NCBI RefSeq assembly: GCF_009914755.1 | Contig: NC_060940.1 | DNA length: 64,000 bases | Origin: the human T2T-CHM13v2.0 reference genome, Homo sapiens | Strand: one strand, 5' to 3' | Shown: piece after piece, positions 1 through 14,443 of the stretch | How positions within the stretch are numbered: position 1 is the first letter of the stretch | How the letters are laid out: the number at the start of each line of letters is the position of its first letter | Position numbers and translations under genes: made by a program | Notes under the pieces: model-generated | The model's database searches: none | Told to the model about the DNA's origin: nothing | The model's input: only the letters and a program-made list of their open reading frames with translations

Positions 1-2111
1 CGAGTCCATTCGATGATTCCATTCGATTCCATTCGATGTTGATTCTGTTCAAATCCATTCGATGATTCCACTCGATTCCATTCGATGACTCCAGTTGATC
101 CCATTCGATGATTTCCTTTGATTCCCTTTGATGATCATTCCATTTGATTCAATTCGGTGATTTCATTTGATTCCATTCAGTGATGTTTCCATTCGACTCC
201 ATTCGATGATGATTCCATTCGACTCCATTCGATTATGATTTCATTCAATTCCATTCGATAATGATTCCCTTCGAGTCCATTCGATGATTCCATTCGATTC
301 CATTCAACAATGATTTGATTCGTGTCCATTCGATGATTCCATTTGATTCCACTTGATGATGATTCCATTCGAGTCCATTTGATGATTCCATTCAATTCCA
401 TTCTCCGATGATTTCTTTTGAGCCCATTCAATGCTTCCACTCGATTCCATATGATGATGACTCCATTCGATGAAATTCGATGATTCCATTCGCTTGCATT
501 CGATGATGATTCCACTTGAGTCCATTAGAAGATTCTATTCATTGTTATTCGATGATTCCATTCGATCTCATTCGATGATGATTCCATTCAACTCCATTCG
601 ATGTTTCCATTCGAGTTCATTCTATTATTCCATTAGATTCCATTCGATGATGATTCCATTCGATTCCATTTGATGATTGCATTCTATTTCATTTGATGAT
701 GATTCCATTCGAGTCCACTCGATGATTCCATTCGAGTCCATTTAATGAATCCATTGGTTTCAATTCTATGATGATTACATTGGATTCCATTCGTTGATGA
801 TTTCATTCGGTTCCATTCAATGATGATTCCATTCAATTCCTTTCAATGTTTCCATTCAATTCCATACGATGATGATTCCATTTGATTTGATTCGACAGTG
901 AGCCATTCGATTCAATTCCATGATGATTCTATTTGATTCCATTGGTTGACATTTCCATTCGAATCCATTCGATGATGATTCCCTTTGATTCCATTCAAAG
1001 ATGATTCCATTCTAGCCCATTCAATCATTCCATTCGATTCTATTCAATGATGATTCCATTCATGTCGATTTGGTGATTCCATTTGACTTCATTTGATGAT
1101 GATTCCTTTCAAGTTCATTAGATGATTCCATTCGATTCCATTTGATGATGATCCCATTCGAGTCCATTCAGTGATTCCACTCGTTTCCATTCCATGATGA
1201 TTCCATTCCATTCCATTCAATGATTCCATTCGATTCCGTTTGATGATGATTTCATTCGAGTCCATTTGATGATTCCATTTGATTCCATTCGATGATGATT
1301 CCATTCGAGTCCATTCGATGATTCTATTCGAATCCATTTGATGATTTCTTTTGATTATAGTTGGTGATGATTCCATTGGAGTCCATTCAATGATTCCATT
1401 CGATTCCAATCGATGGTGATTCCATTAGAGTCCATTTAATGATTCCATTTGATTCCAGTCTCTAATGATTACATTCGAGTCCATACAATGATTCCACTCA
1501 ATTCCATATGATGATGATTCCATTCGATTCCATTCGATGATTCCATTCTATTCTATTCAATGGTGATTCCATTCAAATCCATTCGATAATTCAATTCAAG
1601 TCCATTCGATGATGATTAAAATCGAATCCATTCAAAGATTCCATTCAGTTCCATTCGATGATTCCCTTAGATTCCATTCGATGATTCCACTTGATTCCAT
1701 TTACGATGATTCCATTCGATTCCATGTGATGATTCCATTCAATTCTATTCAATGCTGTTTCCATTTGATTCCATTCGACCATGATTGCCTTTGATTCCAT
1801 TCAATGACTCCATTCGGTTCCTTTTGATGATGATTCCGTTCGATTCCATTTGATGATTCCATTTGATTCCATTGGATGAGTCCATTCGATTACATTCGAT
1901 GATTATTCCATTCGAGTGCATTAGATGATTGCATTCGAGTCCATTCGATGATTCCATTCGATTCCATTCGATGTTGATTCTGTTCAAATCCATTCGATGA
2001 TTCCACTCGATTCCATTCGATGACTCCAGTTGATCCCATTCGATGATTTCCTTTGATTCCCTTTGATGATCATTCCATTTGATTCAATTCGGTGATTTCA
2101 TTTGATTCCAT

Positions 2112-5100
2112 TCAGTGATGATTCCATTCGACTCCATTCGATGATGATTCCATTCGACTCCATTCGATTATGATTTCATTCAATTCCATTCGATAATGAT
2201 TCCCTTCGAGTCCATTCGATGATTCCATTCGATTCCATTCAACGATGATTTGATTCGTGTCCATTCGATGATTCCATTTGATTCCACTTGATGATGATTC
2301 CATTCGAGTCCATTTGATGATTCCATTCAATTCCATTCTCCGATGATTTCTTTTGAGCCCATTCAATGCTTCCACTCGATTCCATATGATGATGACTCCA
2401 TTCGATGAAATTCGATGATGATTCCATTCGCTTGCATTCGATGATGATTCCACTTGAGTCCATTAGAAGATTCTATTCAATTACATTCCATGACGATTCC
2501 GTTCGAGTCCATTTGATGATTCCATTAGACTCCATTCGACGATGATTCCATTCGATGTTATTCGATGATTCCATTCGATCTCATTCGATGATGATTCCAT
2601 TCAACTCCATTCGATGTTTCCATTCGAGTTCATTCTATTATTCCATTAGATTCCATTCGATGATGATTCCATTCGATTCCATTTGATGATTGCATTCTAT
2701 TTCATTTGATGATGATTCCATTCGAGTCCACTCGATGATTCCATTCGAGTCCATTTAATGAATCCATTGGTTTCAATTCTATGATGATTACATTGGATTA
2801 CATTCGTTGATGACTTCATTCGGTTCCATTCAATGATGATTCCATTCAATTCCTTTCAATGTTTCCATTCAATTCCATACGATGATGATTCCATTTGATT
2901 TGATTCGACAGTGAGCCATTCGATTCAATTCCATGATGATTCTATTTGATTCAATTGGTTGACATTTCCATTCGATTCCATTCGATGATGATTCCCTTTG
3001 ATTCCATTCAAAGATGATTCCATTCTAGCCCATTCAATCATTCCATTCGATTCTATTCAATGATGATTCCATTCATGTCGATTTGGTGATTCCATTTGAC
3101 TTCATTTGATGATGATTCCTTTCAAGTTCATTAGATGATTCCATTCGATTCCATTTGATGATGATCCCATTCGAGTCCATTCAGTGATTCCACTCGTTTC
3201 CATTCCATGATGATTCCATTCCATTCCATTCAATGATTCCATTCGATTCCGTTTGATGATGATTTCATTCGAGTCCATTTGATGATTCCATTTGATTCCA
3301 TTCGATGATGATTCCATTCGAGTCCATTCGATGATTCTATTCGAATCCATTTGATGATTTCTTTTGATTATAGTTGGTGATGATTCCATTGGAGTCCATT
3401 CAATGATTCCATTCGATTCCAATCGATGGTGATTCCATTAGAGTCCATTTAACGATTCCATTTGATTCCAGTCTCTGATGATTACATTCGAGTCCATACG
3501 ATGATTCCACTCAATTCCATATGATGATGATTCCATTCTATTCCATTCGATGATTCCATTCTATTCTATTCAATGGTGATTCCATTCGAGTACATTAGAT
3601 GATTCCATTCGATTCCATTCAATGATGATTCTGTTTGTGTCCCTTAGATGATTCCACATGATTCCATTAGATGATGATACTATTTGAGCCCATCCAATGA
3701 TTCCCTTCGATTCCATTCGATGAGGATTCCATTCGATTCAATTCATTGGTGATTCTATTCAATTCAATTCTTTGATTCCATTCCATTCCATTCGACAATG
3801 ATTCCATTCGATTTCTTTCGATGATTCCACTCGATTCCACTTGACATTGATTCCCTTCGATTCCATTCAATGATTCCATTTGATTCCAGTGGATGATGAT
3901 TGCCATCGATTCCATTCGATCACTCCATTCTATTCCATTTGATGATGATTACATTCAATTCCATTTGACGATTCCATCTGATTCTATTCGAGGATTCCAT
4001 TTGATTCCATTCGATGATGATTCCATTCGAGTCCATTCGATGATTTCATTCGAGTACAACCAATGATTCCATTCGAGTCCATCCAATGATTCCATTCGAG
4101 TCCATTTGATGATTCCATTTGATTCCATTTGATAATGATTCTACTAGAGTCCATTCAATGACTCCATTCGAGTCCATTCAACAATTCCATTCGACTCCAT
4201 TTGATGATTCCATTCGATTCCATTTGATGATTCCATTCGAGTCCATTTAATCATTACAGTCGAGTCCATTTGGTGATTCCACCGGATTTCTTTTGATAAT
4301 GATACCATTCAATTACATTTGATGATGATCCCATTCAATTTCATTTGATGGTGATTCCATTAGAGTCCATTCGATGATTTCATTCGAGTCCCTTCATTGA
4401 TTCCATCCGATTTCATTGGATGATGACTCCATTCGAGTCCATTCGATGATTCCACTCGATTCCATTAGATGATTCCATTGGAGTCCATTTGATTGTTCCA
4501 TTCGATTCCATTCGATTCCTTTCGAAGATTATTCCATTTGAGTCCATTCGATGATGATTCCATTCCATTCCATTCGATGATTCCGTTTGATTCCATTCGA
4601 TGATTCCCTTCGATTCCTTTCTTTGATGATTCCATTCCATTCCATTCAATGATTCCATTCGAATCTATTCCATGATGATTCCTTTCGATTCCATTCGCTG
4701 ATGTTTCCGTTCAATTCCATTCGATGATGATTCCATTCGATTCCATTCATTGAGGATTCCATTTGATTCCATTAAATGATGATTCCGTTCTATTCCATTC
4801 AATGATTGCATTCAATTCCATTCAATGATTATCCCCTTAGAGTAAACTCAACGATTCCATTCAATACCATTCGATGATGATTCCTTTTGAGTCCATTCAA
4901 TGATTTCATTCAAGTCCATTTGATGATTCCTTTCAATTCCATTCTATGATGATTCCATTCGAGTCCATTCGATGATTCCATTCGATTGCATTCGATGATT
5001 CCATTGTATTCCATTCAATGATGATTCCATTCGAGTCCATTCGATGTTTCCACTAGAGTACATATATTGGTTGCTTTGTTTTCAATTCGAAGATGATTAC

Positions 5101-8100
5101 ATTGGATTCCATTCTATGATACCATTCGATTCCATTCAATGATGATTCCACTAAAATCCATTGGATGATTCCATTCGTGTCCATTCGGTGATTTCATTAG
5201 ATTCCATTCGAGGATGATTCCATTCGATTCCATTCGATGATTTCATTCAATTCCATTCGATGATGATTCCATTCCAGTCCATATGATCATTCCATTTGAT
5301 TTCATTCGATGATGATTCCATTCGATTCCATTCGATGATTCCATTCTATTCCATTCGATGATGATTCTATTCGAGTCCATTCGATGATTCCATTCGAGTC
5401 CATTTAATGATTCCATTGGGTTCAATTCAATGATGATTACATTGGATTCCGTTCTATGATTCCATTCAGTTCCGTTCATTGACAATTTGATTCCATTCGA
5501 TGATGATTCCATTTGAGTTCATTCGATGATTCTATTCGATTCTCTTCGATGGTGATTCAATTCTATTATATTGGATGATTCCATTCGATTCCATTTGATG
5601 TTGATTCAATTCGATTCTATTCGATGATGATTCCATTGGATTTCACTTGATGATTCTATTCGATTCCATTCAATGATGATTCACTTCTCGTCCATTGGAT
5701 GATTCCATTTCATTCCATTCGATGATGATTCCATTCGATTCCATTCGATGATTCCATTTGATTCCATGCGACGGTGAGCAATTCGATTCAATTCCATGAT
5801 GATTCTATTTGATTCAATTAGATGATGTTTCCATTCGAATCCATTCCATGATTATTCCATTGGAATCCATTTGGCGATGATTCCATATGAGTCAATTCCA
5901 TGATGATTCCATATGGGTCCGTTCGATGATAATTCCATTTGATTTCATTCGATGCTTCTATTCTATTCCAGTCGTTGATGATTCCGTTGGAGTCCATACG
6001 ATGATTCCATTTGATTTCATTTGATGATGATTCCATTCGATGACGATTACATTGGATTCCATTCTATGATTCCATTCAATTCCATTCGTTGATGATTCGA
6101 TTCCATTCAATGATGATTCCATTTGAGTTCATTCGATGATTCTATTCGATTCCGTTCGATGGTGATTCAATTCTCTTATATTGGATGATTCCACTCGATT
6201 CCATTTGATGATTATTCCATTGGAGTCCACTTAGTGAATCCTTTAGATTCTACTCGAAGATGATTCCATTCGAGTCCATTCAATGATACCATTCAATTTC
6301 ATTCGTTGATGCTTCCATTCAAGTGCATTCGATGATATCATTCGATTCCATTTGATGATAATTCCATTTGATTCCATGCGATGATTCTATTCGATTCCAT
6401 TCAATGATAATTCCATTCAATTCAGTGATTCCTCTGGACTCCATTTGATGATGATTCCATTCAATGATTCCATTCGATTCTATTCCAAAATGATTCCATT
6501 TGAATCCATTTGATGATGATTCCATTAGATTCCATTTGATGATTCCATTCGATTGCATTTCACGATGATTCCATTCGATTCCATTTGATGATTCCATTCT
6601 ATTCTATTCGATGATGATTCCATTCGATTCCATTTGATGATGATTGGATTCGATTCCATTTGATGATTTCATTTGATTCCATTCGTTAATGATTTCGATC
6701 AACTCCATTCGATGATTCCATTTGATTCCATTCGATAATGATTACATCCGAGTCCATTCGATGATTCCATTTGAGCCCGTTCGATAATTCCATTTGAGTC
6801 CAATCAATGATTCCATTCATTTCCATTCAATGATTCCATTCGAGTCCATTTGATCATTCTGGTAGGGTCCGTTCGATGTTGATTCCATTGGAGTGCATTC
6901 GATGATTCCATTCGAGTCCATTTTATGATTTGATTCGAGTCCTTTCGATGATTCCATTCGATTCCACTCGATGATGATTTCATTCGAGTCCATTCGACAC
7001 TTCCAATCGATTCCATTTGATGTTTCCATTCGAGTCCAATTGATGATTCCATTCAATTCCATTCGATGATGATTCCGTACGATTCCATTCTGTGATGATT
7101 CCATGTGATTGCATTCCATGATGATTCCTTTCAATTGCATTCGATTATGATTCATTTCGTGTTCATTCTATGGTTCCACAGGTTTCCATTCGATGACGTT
7201 TCCGTTCGTGTCCATTCCATTATTCCATTCTATTTCATTTGATGATGATTCCATTCGATTCCATTCATTGGTGATTCCACTCAATTCCATTCAATGATTC
7301 CATTCCATTTCTTTCAACAATGATTCCATTAGTTTCTATTCGATGATCCACTTGATTCCATTTGGCGATGATTCCATTCGTGTCCATTCGATGATTCCAT
7401 TTGATTCCATATGATGATGATTCCATTCGATTCCATACCATGATGATTCCATTCGGGTCCATTCAATGGTGATTCCATTCAATTCCATTCGATGATTCCT
7501 TCCGATTCCATTCGATGATGATGGCATTCGATTCCTTTCAATCATTCCCTTTGATTCCATTCAAAGGTGATTTCATTCAAGTCCATTCGATAATTGCATT
7601 CGATTCCATTCTATGATGATTCCATTCGAGTCCATTTGATGATTCCATTCAATTCAAGTCAATGATGATTCCATTCAATTCCACTCGATGATTCCATTGG
7701 ATTCCATTCGATGATGATTCCATTCAAATCCATTCGATAATTCAATTCAAGTCCATTCGATGATGATTCCAATCGAATCCATTCAAAGATTCCATTCAAT
7801 TCCATTCGATGATGATTCCCTTAGATTCCATTCGATGATTCCACTTGATTCCATTTACGATGATTCCATTCGATTCCATGTGATGAATCCATTCAATTCT
7901 ATTCAATGATGTTTCCATTTGATTCCATTGGACCATGATTGCCTTTGATTCCATTCAATGATTCCATTCGGTTCCATTTGATGATGATTCCGTTCGATTC
8001 CATTTCATTATTCCATTTGATTCCATTGGATGAGTCCATTCGATTACATTCGATGATTATTCCATTCGAGTGCATTAGATGATTGCATTCGAGTCCATTC

Positions 8101-8265
8101 GATGATTCCATTCGATTCCATTCGATGTTGATTCTGTTCAAATCCATTCGATGATTCCACTCAATTCCAATCGATGACTCCATTTGATCCCATTCGATGA
8201 TTTCCTGTGATTCCCTTTGATGATCATTCTATTTGATTCAATTCGGTGATTTCATTTCATTCCAT
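2112..8265 (+). repeat. Complete ~6.1-kb unit, 6154-bp variant
   Basis: All landmarks A-J are in order. Length equals 6112 + 23 (duplication at 4060-4105) + 16 (extra block near 7190) + 3 (extra GAT). Confidence 0.85.
5810..5820 (-). promoter_or_regulatory. DUX4 consensus motif TAATTGAATCA (putative binding site)
   Basis: + strand TGATTCAATTA matches TAAYYBAATCA on the - strand. DUX4 binding to HSATII is established; occupancy at this copy is unknown. Confidence 0.5.
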
Positions 8266-8482
8266 TCAGTGATGTTTCCATTCGACTGTATTCGATGATG
8301 ATTCCATTCGACTCCATTCGATTATGATTTCATTCAATTCCATTCAATAATGATTCCCTTCGAGTCCATTCGATGATTCCATTCGATTCCATTCAACGAT
8401 GATTTGATTCGTTTCCATTCGATGATTCCATTTGATTCCACTTGATGATGATTCCATTCGAGTCCATTTGATGATTCCATTC

Positions 8483-10313
8483 GAGTCTATTTATGTATTA
8501 TATTCGTGTCCACTTCATGATTCCATTCAATTCCATTTAATGTTGATTCCATTTGATTCCATTTGATGATTCAGTTCGATTCCTTGCAATGATTCCCTAC
8601 GATTCCTTTCTCTGATGATTCCATTCGATTCCATTCATTGATGATTTCATTCGACTCCATTCGATGATGATTCCTTTCGATTCCATTTGACGATGTTTCC
8701 ATTCGAGTCCATTCGATGATGATTCTATTCAATTCTGTTCTATTATGATTCCATTCGATTTCATTCAATGCTTCTATTTGATTCCATTCGATGATGATTC
8801 CATCTCTTTCCCTTCGATGATTCCATTTGATTCCATTCAGTGATGATTCCATTTGATTCCATCTGATGATGATTTCACTTGATTCCTTTCAATGATGATT
8901 CAATTCAAGTCCATTCTATGATTCCATTGGAGTCCAAACGATCATTCCGTTCGATTCCATTCAATGGTGATTCCATTCATGTCCATTCGATGAATCCATT
9001 CAATTCCATTCGATGATGACTCCATTCGAGTACATTCGATGATTCCATTTGATTCCATTTGAAGATGATTCCATTCAATTCCATTCGAAGATGATTCCAT
9101 TCAATTCCATTCGATGATGATTCCGTATGAATCCATTCTCTGATTATTCCATTCGATTCCATTCATTGACGATTCCATTCAATTCCATTCAATGATGATT
9201 CTCTTCTATTCCATTCGATGATTCCGGTCGATTCCATTCGATGATGATTCCATTAGATTCCATTCGATTGTTGCATTCGATTCCCTTCGATGATGATTCC
9301 TTTGAATTCCATTCGATTATCATTCCGTATGAATCCATTTGATGATTATTCCATTGGATTCCTTTCGATGATGATTCCATTCGATTCCATTTGATGATGT
9401 TTCTCTTGTATTCCATTGGATAATTCCTTTCAGTTCCCTTCGATGATTATTCTTTCGAGTCAATTCGATGATTCTATTCCATTCCCTTCGATGATGATTC
9501 CATTTCACTCCATTTGATGATTCCATTCGACTCAATTTGGTGATGATTCAATTCGATGACATTCGATGACTCCATTCAATTTCATTTGATGATGATTACA
9601 TTCGAGTCCATTTGATGATTGTATTCCTTTCCTTTTGATGATTATTCCATTCGTGTCTATTCAAAGATTCCATTCTATTCCATTCAATGATGATTGCATT
9701 TGATTCCATTCAATGATTATGGCTATCGATTCCACTCGTTGATTCCATTTGATTCCGTTCGATGATTATTCCGTTAGATTCCATTAGAAGATTCCATTCG
9801 ATTTTATTCAATGATTCCAATGGATTCCATTCAATGATGATTCCATTCGACTCCATTCAGTGATTCCATTCGAGTCCATTTGATGATTCCATTCTTTTCC
9901 ATTTGATGATGATTCCATTAGGGTCCATTCAATGATTCCATTCGAGTCCATTCGTTAATGCCTTTCGAGTCCTTTTGATCACTACATTCGAGTCCATTCA
10001 ATGATTCTATTCGATTCCATTCCATGATGATTCCATTCGAGTTCATTCGATGATTGCATTCGAGTCCATTTGATGATTCCATATGATTCCCTTCGACAAT
10101 GATTCCATTCGTGTCCATTTGATGATTCCATTCATTTCCTATCGATGAAGATTCCATTCAAGTGTATTCGATGATTCCATTCAAATCCATTCGATGATGA
10201 TTCCATTCCAGTCCATTCGATCATTCCACTTGATTCCATTTGATGACTATTCCATTCAAATCCATTTGATGATTCCATTCGATTCCATTCGATGTTACCA
10301 TTCGAGTATATAC
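8483..10313 (+). repeat. Divergent HSat2 segment 'K' (~1.83 kb), copy 1; not part of the 6112-bp unit
   Basis: Begins GAGTCTATTTATGTATTATATTCG and ends ...GTTACCATTCGAGTATATAC. It contains words (GATTCCCTACG, GGCTATCGAT, ATTCCGGTCG, GATCACTACA) that I do not find in complete units. Confidence 0.85.
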
Positions 10314-12612
10314 GATGATTCCACTCGATTCCATTTGATGATTATTCCATTGGAGTCCACTTAGTGAATCCTTTAGATTCTACTCGAAGATGATTCCATT
10401 CGAGTCCATTCGATGATACCATTCAATTCCATTCGTTGATGCTTCCATTCAAGTGCATTCGATGATATCATTCGATTCCATTTGATGATAATTCCATTTG
10501 ATTCCATGCGATGATTCTATTCGATTCCATTCAATGATAATTCCATTCAATTCAGTGATTCCTCTGGACTCCATTTGATGATGATTCCATTCAATGATTC
10601 CATTCGATTCTATTCGAAAATGATTCCATTTGAATCCATTTGATGATGATTCCATTGGATTCCATTTGATGATTCCATTCGATTCCATTCGATGATGATT
10701 CCATTCGATTCCTTTTGATGATTCCATTCTATTGTATTCGATGATGATTCCATTCGATTCCATTCGATGATGATTGGATTCGATTCCATTTGATGATTTC
10801 ATTTGATTCCATTCGATAATGATTTCGATCAATTCCATTCGATGATTCCATTCGATTCCATTCGATAATGATTACATCCGAGTCCATTCGATGATTCCAT
10901 TTGAGCCCGTTCGATAATTCCATTTGAGTCCAATCAATGATTCCATTCATTTCCATTCAATGATTCCATTCGAGTCCATTTGATCATTCCGGTAGGGTCC
11001 GTTCGATGTTGATTCCATTGGAGTGCATTCGATGATTCCATTCGAGTCCATTTTATGATTTGATTCGAGTCCTTTCGATGATTCCATTCGATTCCACTTG
11101 ATGATGATTTCATTCGAGTCCATTCGACACTTCCAATCGATTCCATTTGATGTTTCCATTCGAGTCCAATTGATGATTCCATTCAATTCCATTCGATGAT
11201 GATTCCGTACGATTCCATTCTGTGATGATTCCATGTGATTGCATTCCATGATGATTCCTTTCGATTGCATTCGATTATGATTCATTTCGTGTTCATTCTA
11301 TGGTTCCACAGGTTTCCATTCGATGACGTTTCCGTTCGTGTCCATTCCATTATTCCATTCTATTTCATTTGATGATGATTCCATTCGATTCCATTCATTG
11401 GTGATTCCACTCAATTCCATTCAATGATTCCATTCCATTTCTTTCAACAATGATTCCATTAGTTTCTATTCGATGATCCACTTGATTCCATTTGGCGATG
11501 ATTCCATTCGTGTCCATTCGATGATTCCATTTGATTCCATATGATGATGATTCCATTCGATTCCATACCATGATGATTCCATTCGGGTCCATTCAATGGT
11601 GATTCCATTCAATTCCATTCGATGATTCCTTCCGATTCCATTCGATGATGATGGCATTCGATTCCTTTCAATCATTCCCTTTGATTCCATTCAAAGGTGA
11701 TTTCATTCAAGTCCATTCGATAATTGCATTCGATTCCATTCTATGATGATTCCATTCGAGTCCATTTGATGATTCCATTCAATTCAAGTCAATGATGATT
11801 CCATTCAATTCCACTCGATGATTCCATTGGATTCCATTCGATGATGATTCCATTCAAATCCATTCGATAATTCAATTCAAGTCCATTCGATGATGATTCC
11901 AATCGAATCCATTCAAAGATTCCATTCAATTCCATTCGATGATGATTCCCTTAGATTCCATTCGATGATTCCACTTGATTCCATTTACGATGATTCCATT
12001 CGATTCCATGTGATGAATCCATTCAATTCTATTCAATGATGTTTCCATTTGATTCCATTGGACCATGATTGCCTTTGATTCCATTCAATGATTCCATTCG
12101 GTTCCATTTGATGATGATTCCGTTCGATTCCATTTCATTATTCCATTTGATTCCATTGGATGAGTCCATTCGATTACATTCGATGATTATTCCATTCGAG
12201 TGCATTAGATGATTGCATTCGAGTCCATTCGATGATTCCATTCGATTCCATTCGATGTTGATTCTGTTCAAATCCATTCGATGATTCCACTCAATTCCAA
12301 TCGATGACTCCATTTGATCCCATTCGATGATTTCCTGTGATTCCCTTTGATGATCATTCTATTTGATTCAATTCGGTGATTTCATTTCATTCCATTCAGT
12401 GATGTTTCCATTCGACTGTATTCGATGATGATTCCATTCGACTCCATTCGATTATGATTTCATTCAATTCCATTCAATAATGATTCCCTTCGAGTCCATT
12501 CGATGATTCCATTCGATTCCATTCAACGATGATTTGATTCGTTTCCATTCGATGATTCCATTTGATTCCACTTGATGATGATTCCATTCGAGTCCATTTG
12601 ATGATTCCATTC

Positions 12613-14443
12613 GAGTCTATTTATGTATTATATTCGTGTCCACTTCATGATTCCATTCAATTCCATTTAATGTTGATTCCATTTGATTCCATTTGATGAT
12701 TCAGTTCGATTCCTTGCAATGATTCCCTACGATTCCTTTCTCTGATGATTCCATTCGATTCCATTCATTGATGATTTCATTCGACTCCATTCGATGATGA
12801 TTCCTTTCGATTCCATTTGACGATGTTTCCATTCGAGTCCATTCGATGATGATTCTATTCAATTCTGTTCTATTATGATTCCATTCGATTTCATTCAATG
12901 CTTCTATTTGATTCCATTCGATGATGATTCCATCTCTTTCCCTTCGATGATTCCATTTGATTCCATTCAGTGATGATTCCATTTGATTCCATCTGATGAT
13001 GATTTCACTTGATTCCTTTCAATGATGATTCAATTCAAGTCCATTCTATGATTCCATTGGAGTCCAAACGATCATTCCGTTCGATTCCATTCAATGGTGA
13101 TTCCATTCATGTCCATTCGATGAATCCATTCAATTCCATTCGATGATGACTCCATTCGAGTACATTCGATGATTCCATTTGATTCCATTTGAAGATGATT
13201 CCATTCAATTCCATTCGAAGATGATTCCATTCAATTCCATTCGATGATGATTCCGTATGAATCCATTCTCTGATTATTCCATTCGATTCCATTCATTGAC
13301 GATTCCATTCAATTCCATTCAATGATGATTCTCTTCTATTCCATTCGATGATTCCGGTCGATTCCATTCGATGATGATTCCATTAGATTCCATTCGATTG
13401 TTGCATTCGATTCCCTTCGATGATGATTCCTTTGAATTCCATTCGATTATCATTCCGTATGAATCCATTTGATGATTATTCCATTGGATTCCTTTCGATG
13501 ATGATTCCATTCGATTCCATTTGATGATGTTTCTCTTGTATTCCATTGGATAATTCCTTTCAGTTCCCTTCGATGATTATTCTTTCGAGTCAATTCGATG
13601 ATTCTATTCCATTCCCTTCGATGATGATTCCATTTCACTCCATTTGATGATTCCATTCGACTCAATTTGGTGATGATTCAATTCGATGACATTCGATGAC
13701 TCCATTCAATTTCATTTGATGATGATTACATTCGAGTCCATTTGATGATTGTATTCCTTTCCTTTTGATGATTATTCCATTCGTGTCTATTCAAAGATTC
13801 CATTCTATTCCATTCAATGATGATTGCATTTGATTCCATTCAATGATTATGGCTATCGATTCCACTCGTTGATTCCATTTGATTCCGTTCGATGATTATT
13901 CCGTTAGATTCCATTAGAAGATTCCATTCGATTTTATTCAATGATTCCAATGGATTCCATTCAATGATGATTCCATTCGACTCCATTCAGTGATTCCATT
14001 CGAGTCCATTTGATGATTCCATTCTTTTCCATTTGATGATGATTCCATTAGGGTCCATTCAATGATTCCATTCGAGTCCATTCGTTAATGCCTTTCGAGT
14101 CCTTTTGATCACTACATTCGAGTCCATTCAATGATTCTATTCGATTCCATTCCATGATGATTCCATTCGAGTTCATTCGATGATTGCATTCGAGTCCATT
14201 TGATGATTCCATATGATTCCCTTCGACAATGATTCCATTCGTGTCCATTTGATGATTCCATTCATTTCCTATCGATGAAGATTCCATTCAAGTGTATTCG
14301 ATGATTCCATTCAAATCCATTCGATGATGATTCCATTCCAGTCCATTCGATCATTCCACTTGATTCCATTTGATGACTATTCCATTCAAATCCATTTGAT
14401 GATTCCATTCGATTCCATTCGATGTTACCATTCGAGTATATAC
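12613..14443 (+). repeat. Segment K, copy 2
   Basis: Same start and end words as copy 1 at +4130. Confidence 0.85.

Noticed and set aside
6861-6870. GGTAGGGTCC as a possible G-quadruplex or special recombination signal
   Set aside because: Only two short G-runs, too few for a G4. Its coincidence with the triplication boundary rests on a single event.
8487-8504. AT-rich TATA-like word TCTATTTATGTATTATAT at the start of K
   Set aside because: It is explainable as a mutated monomer and has no other promoter evidence; kept only as a marker k-mer.
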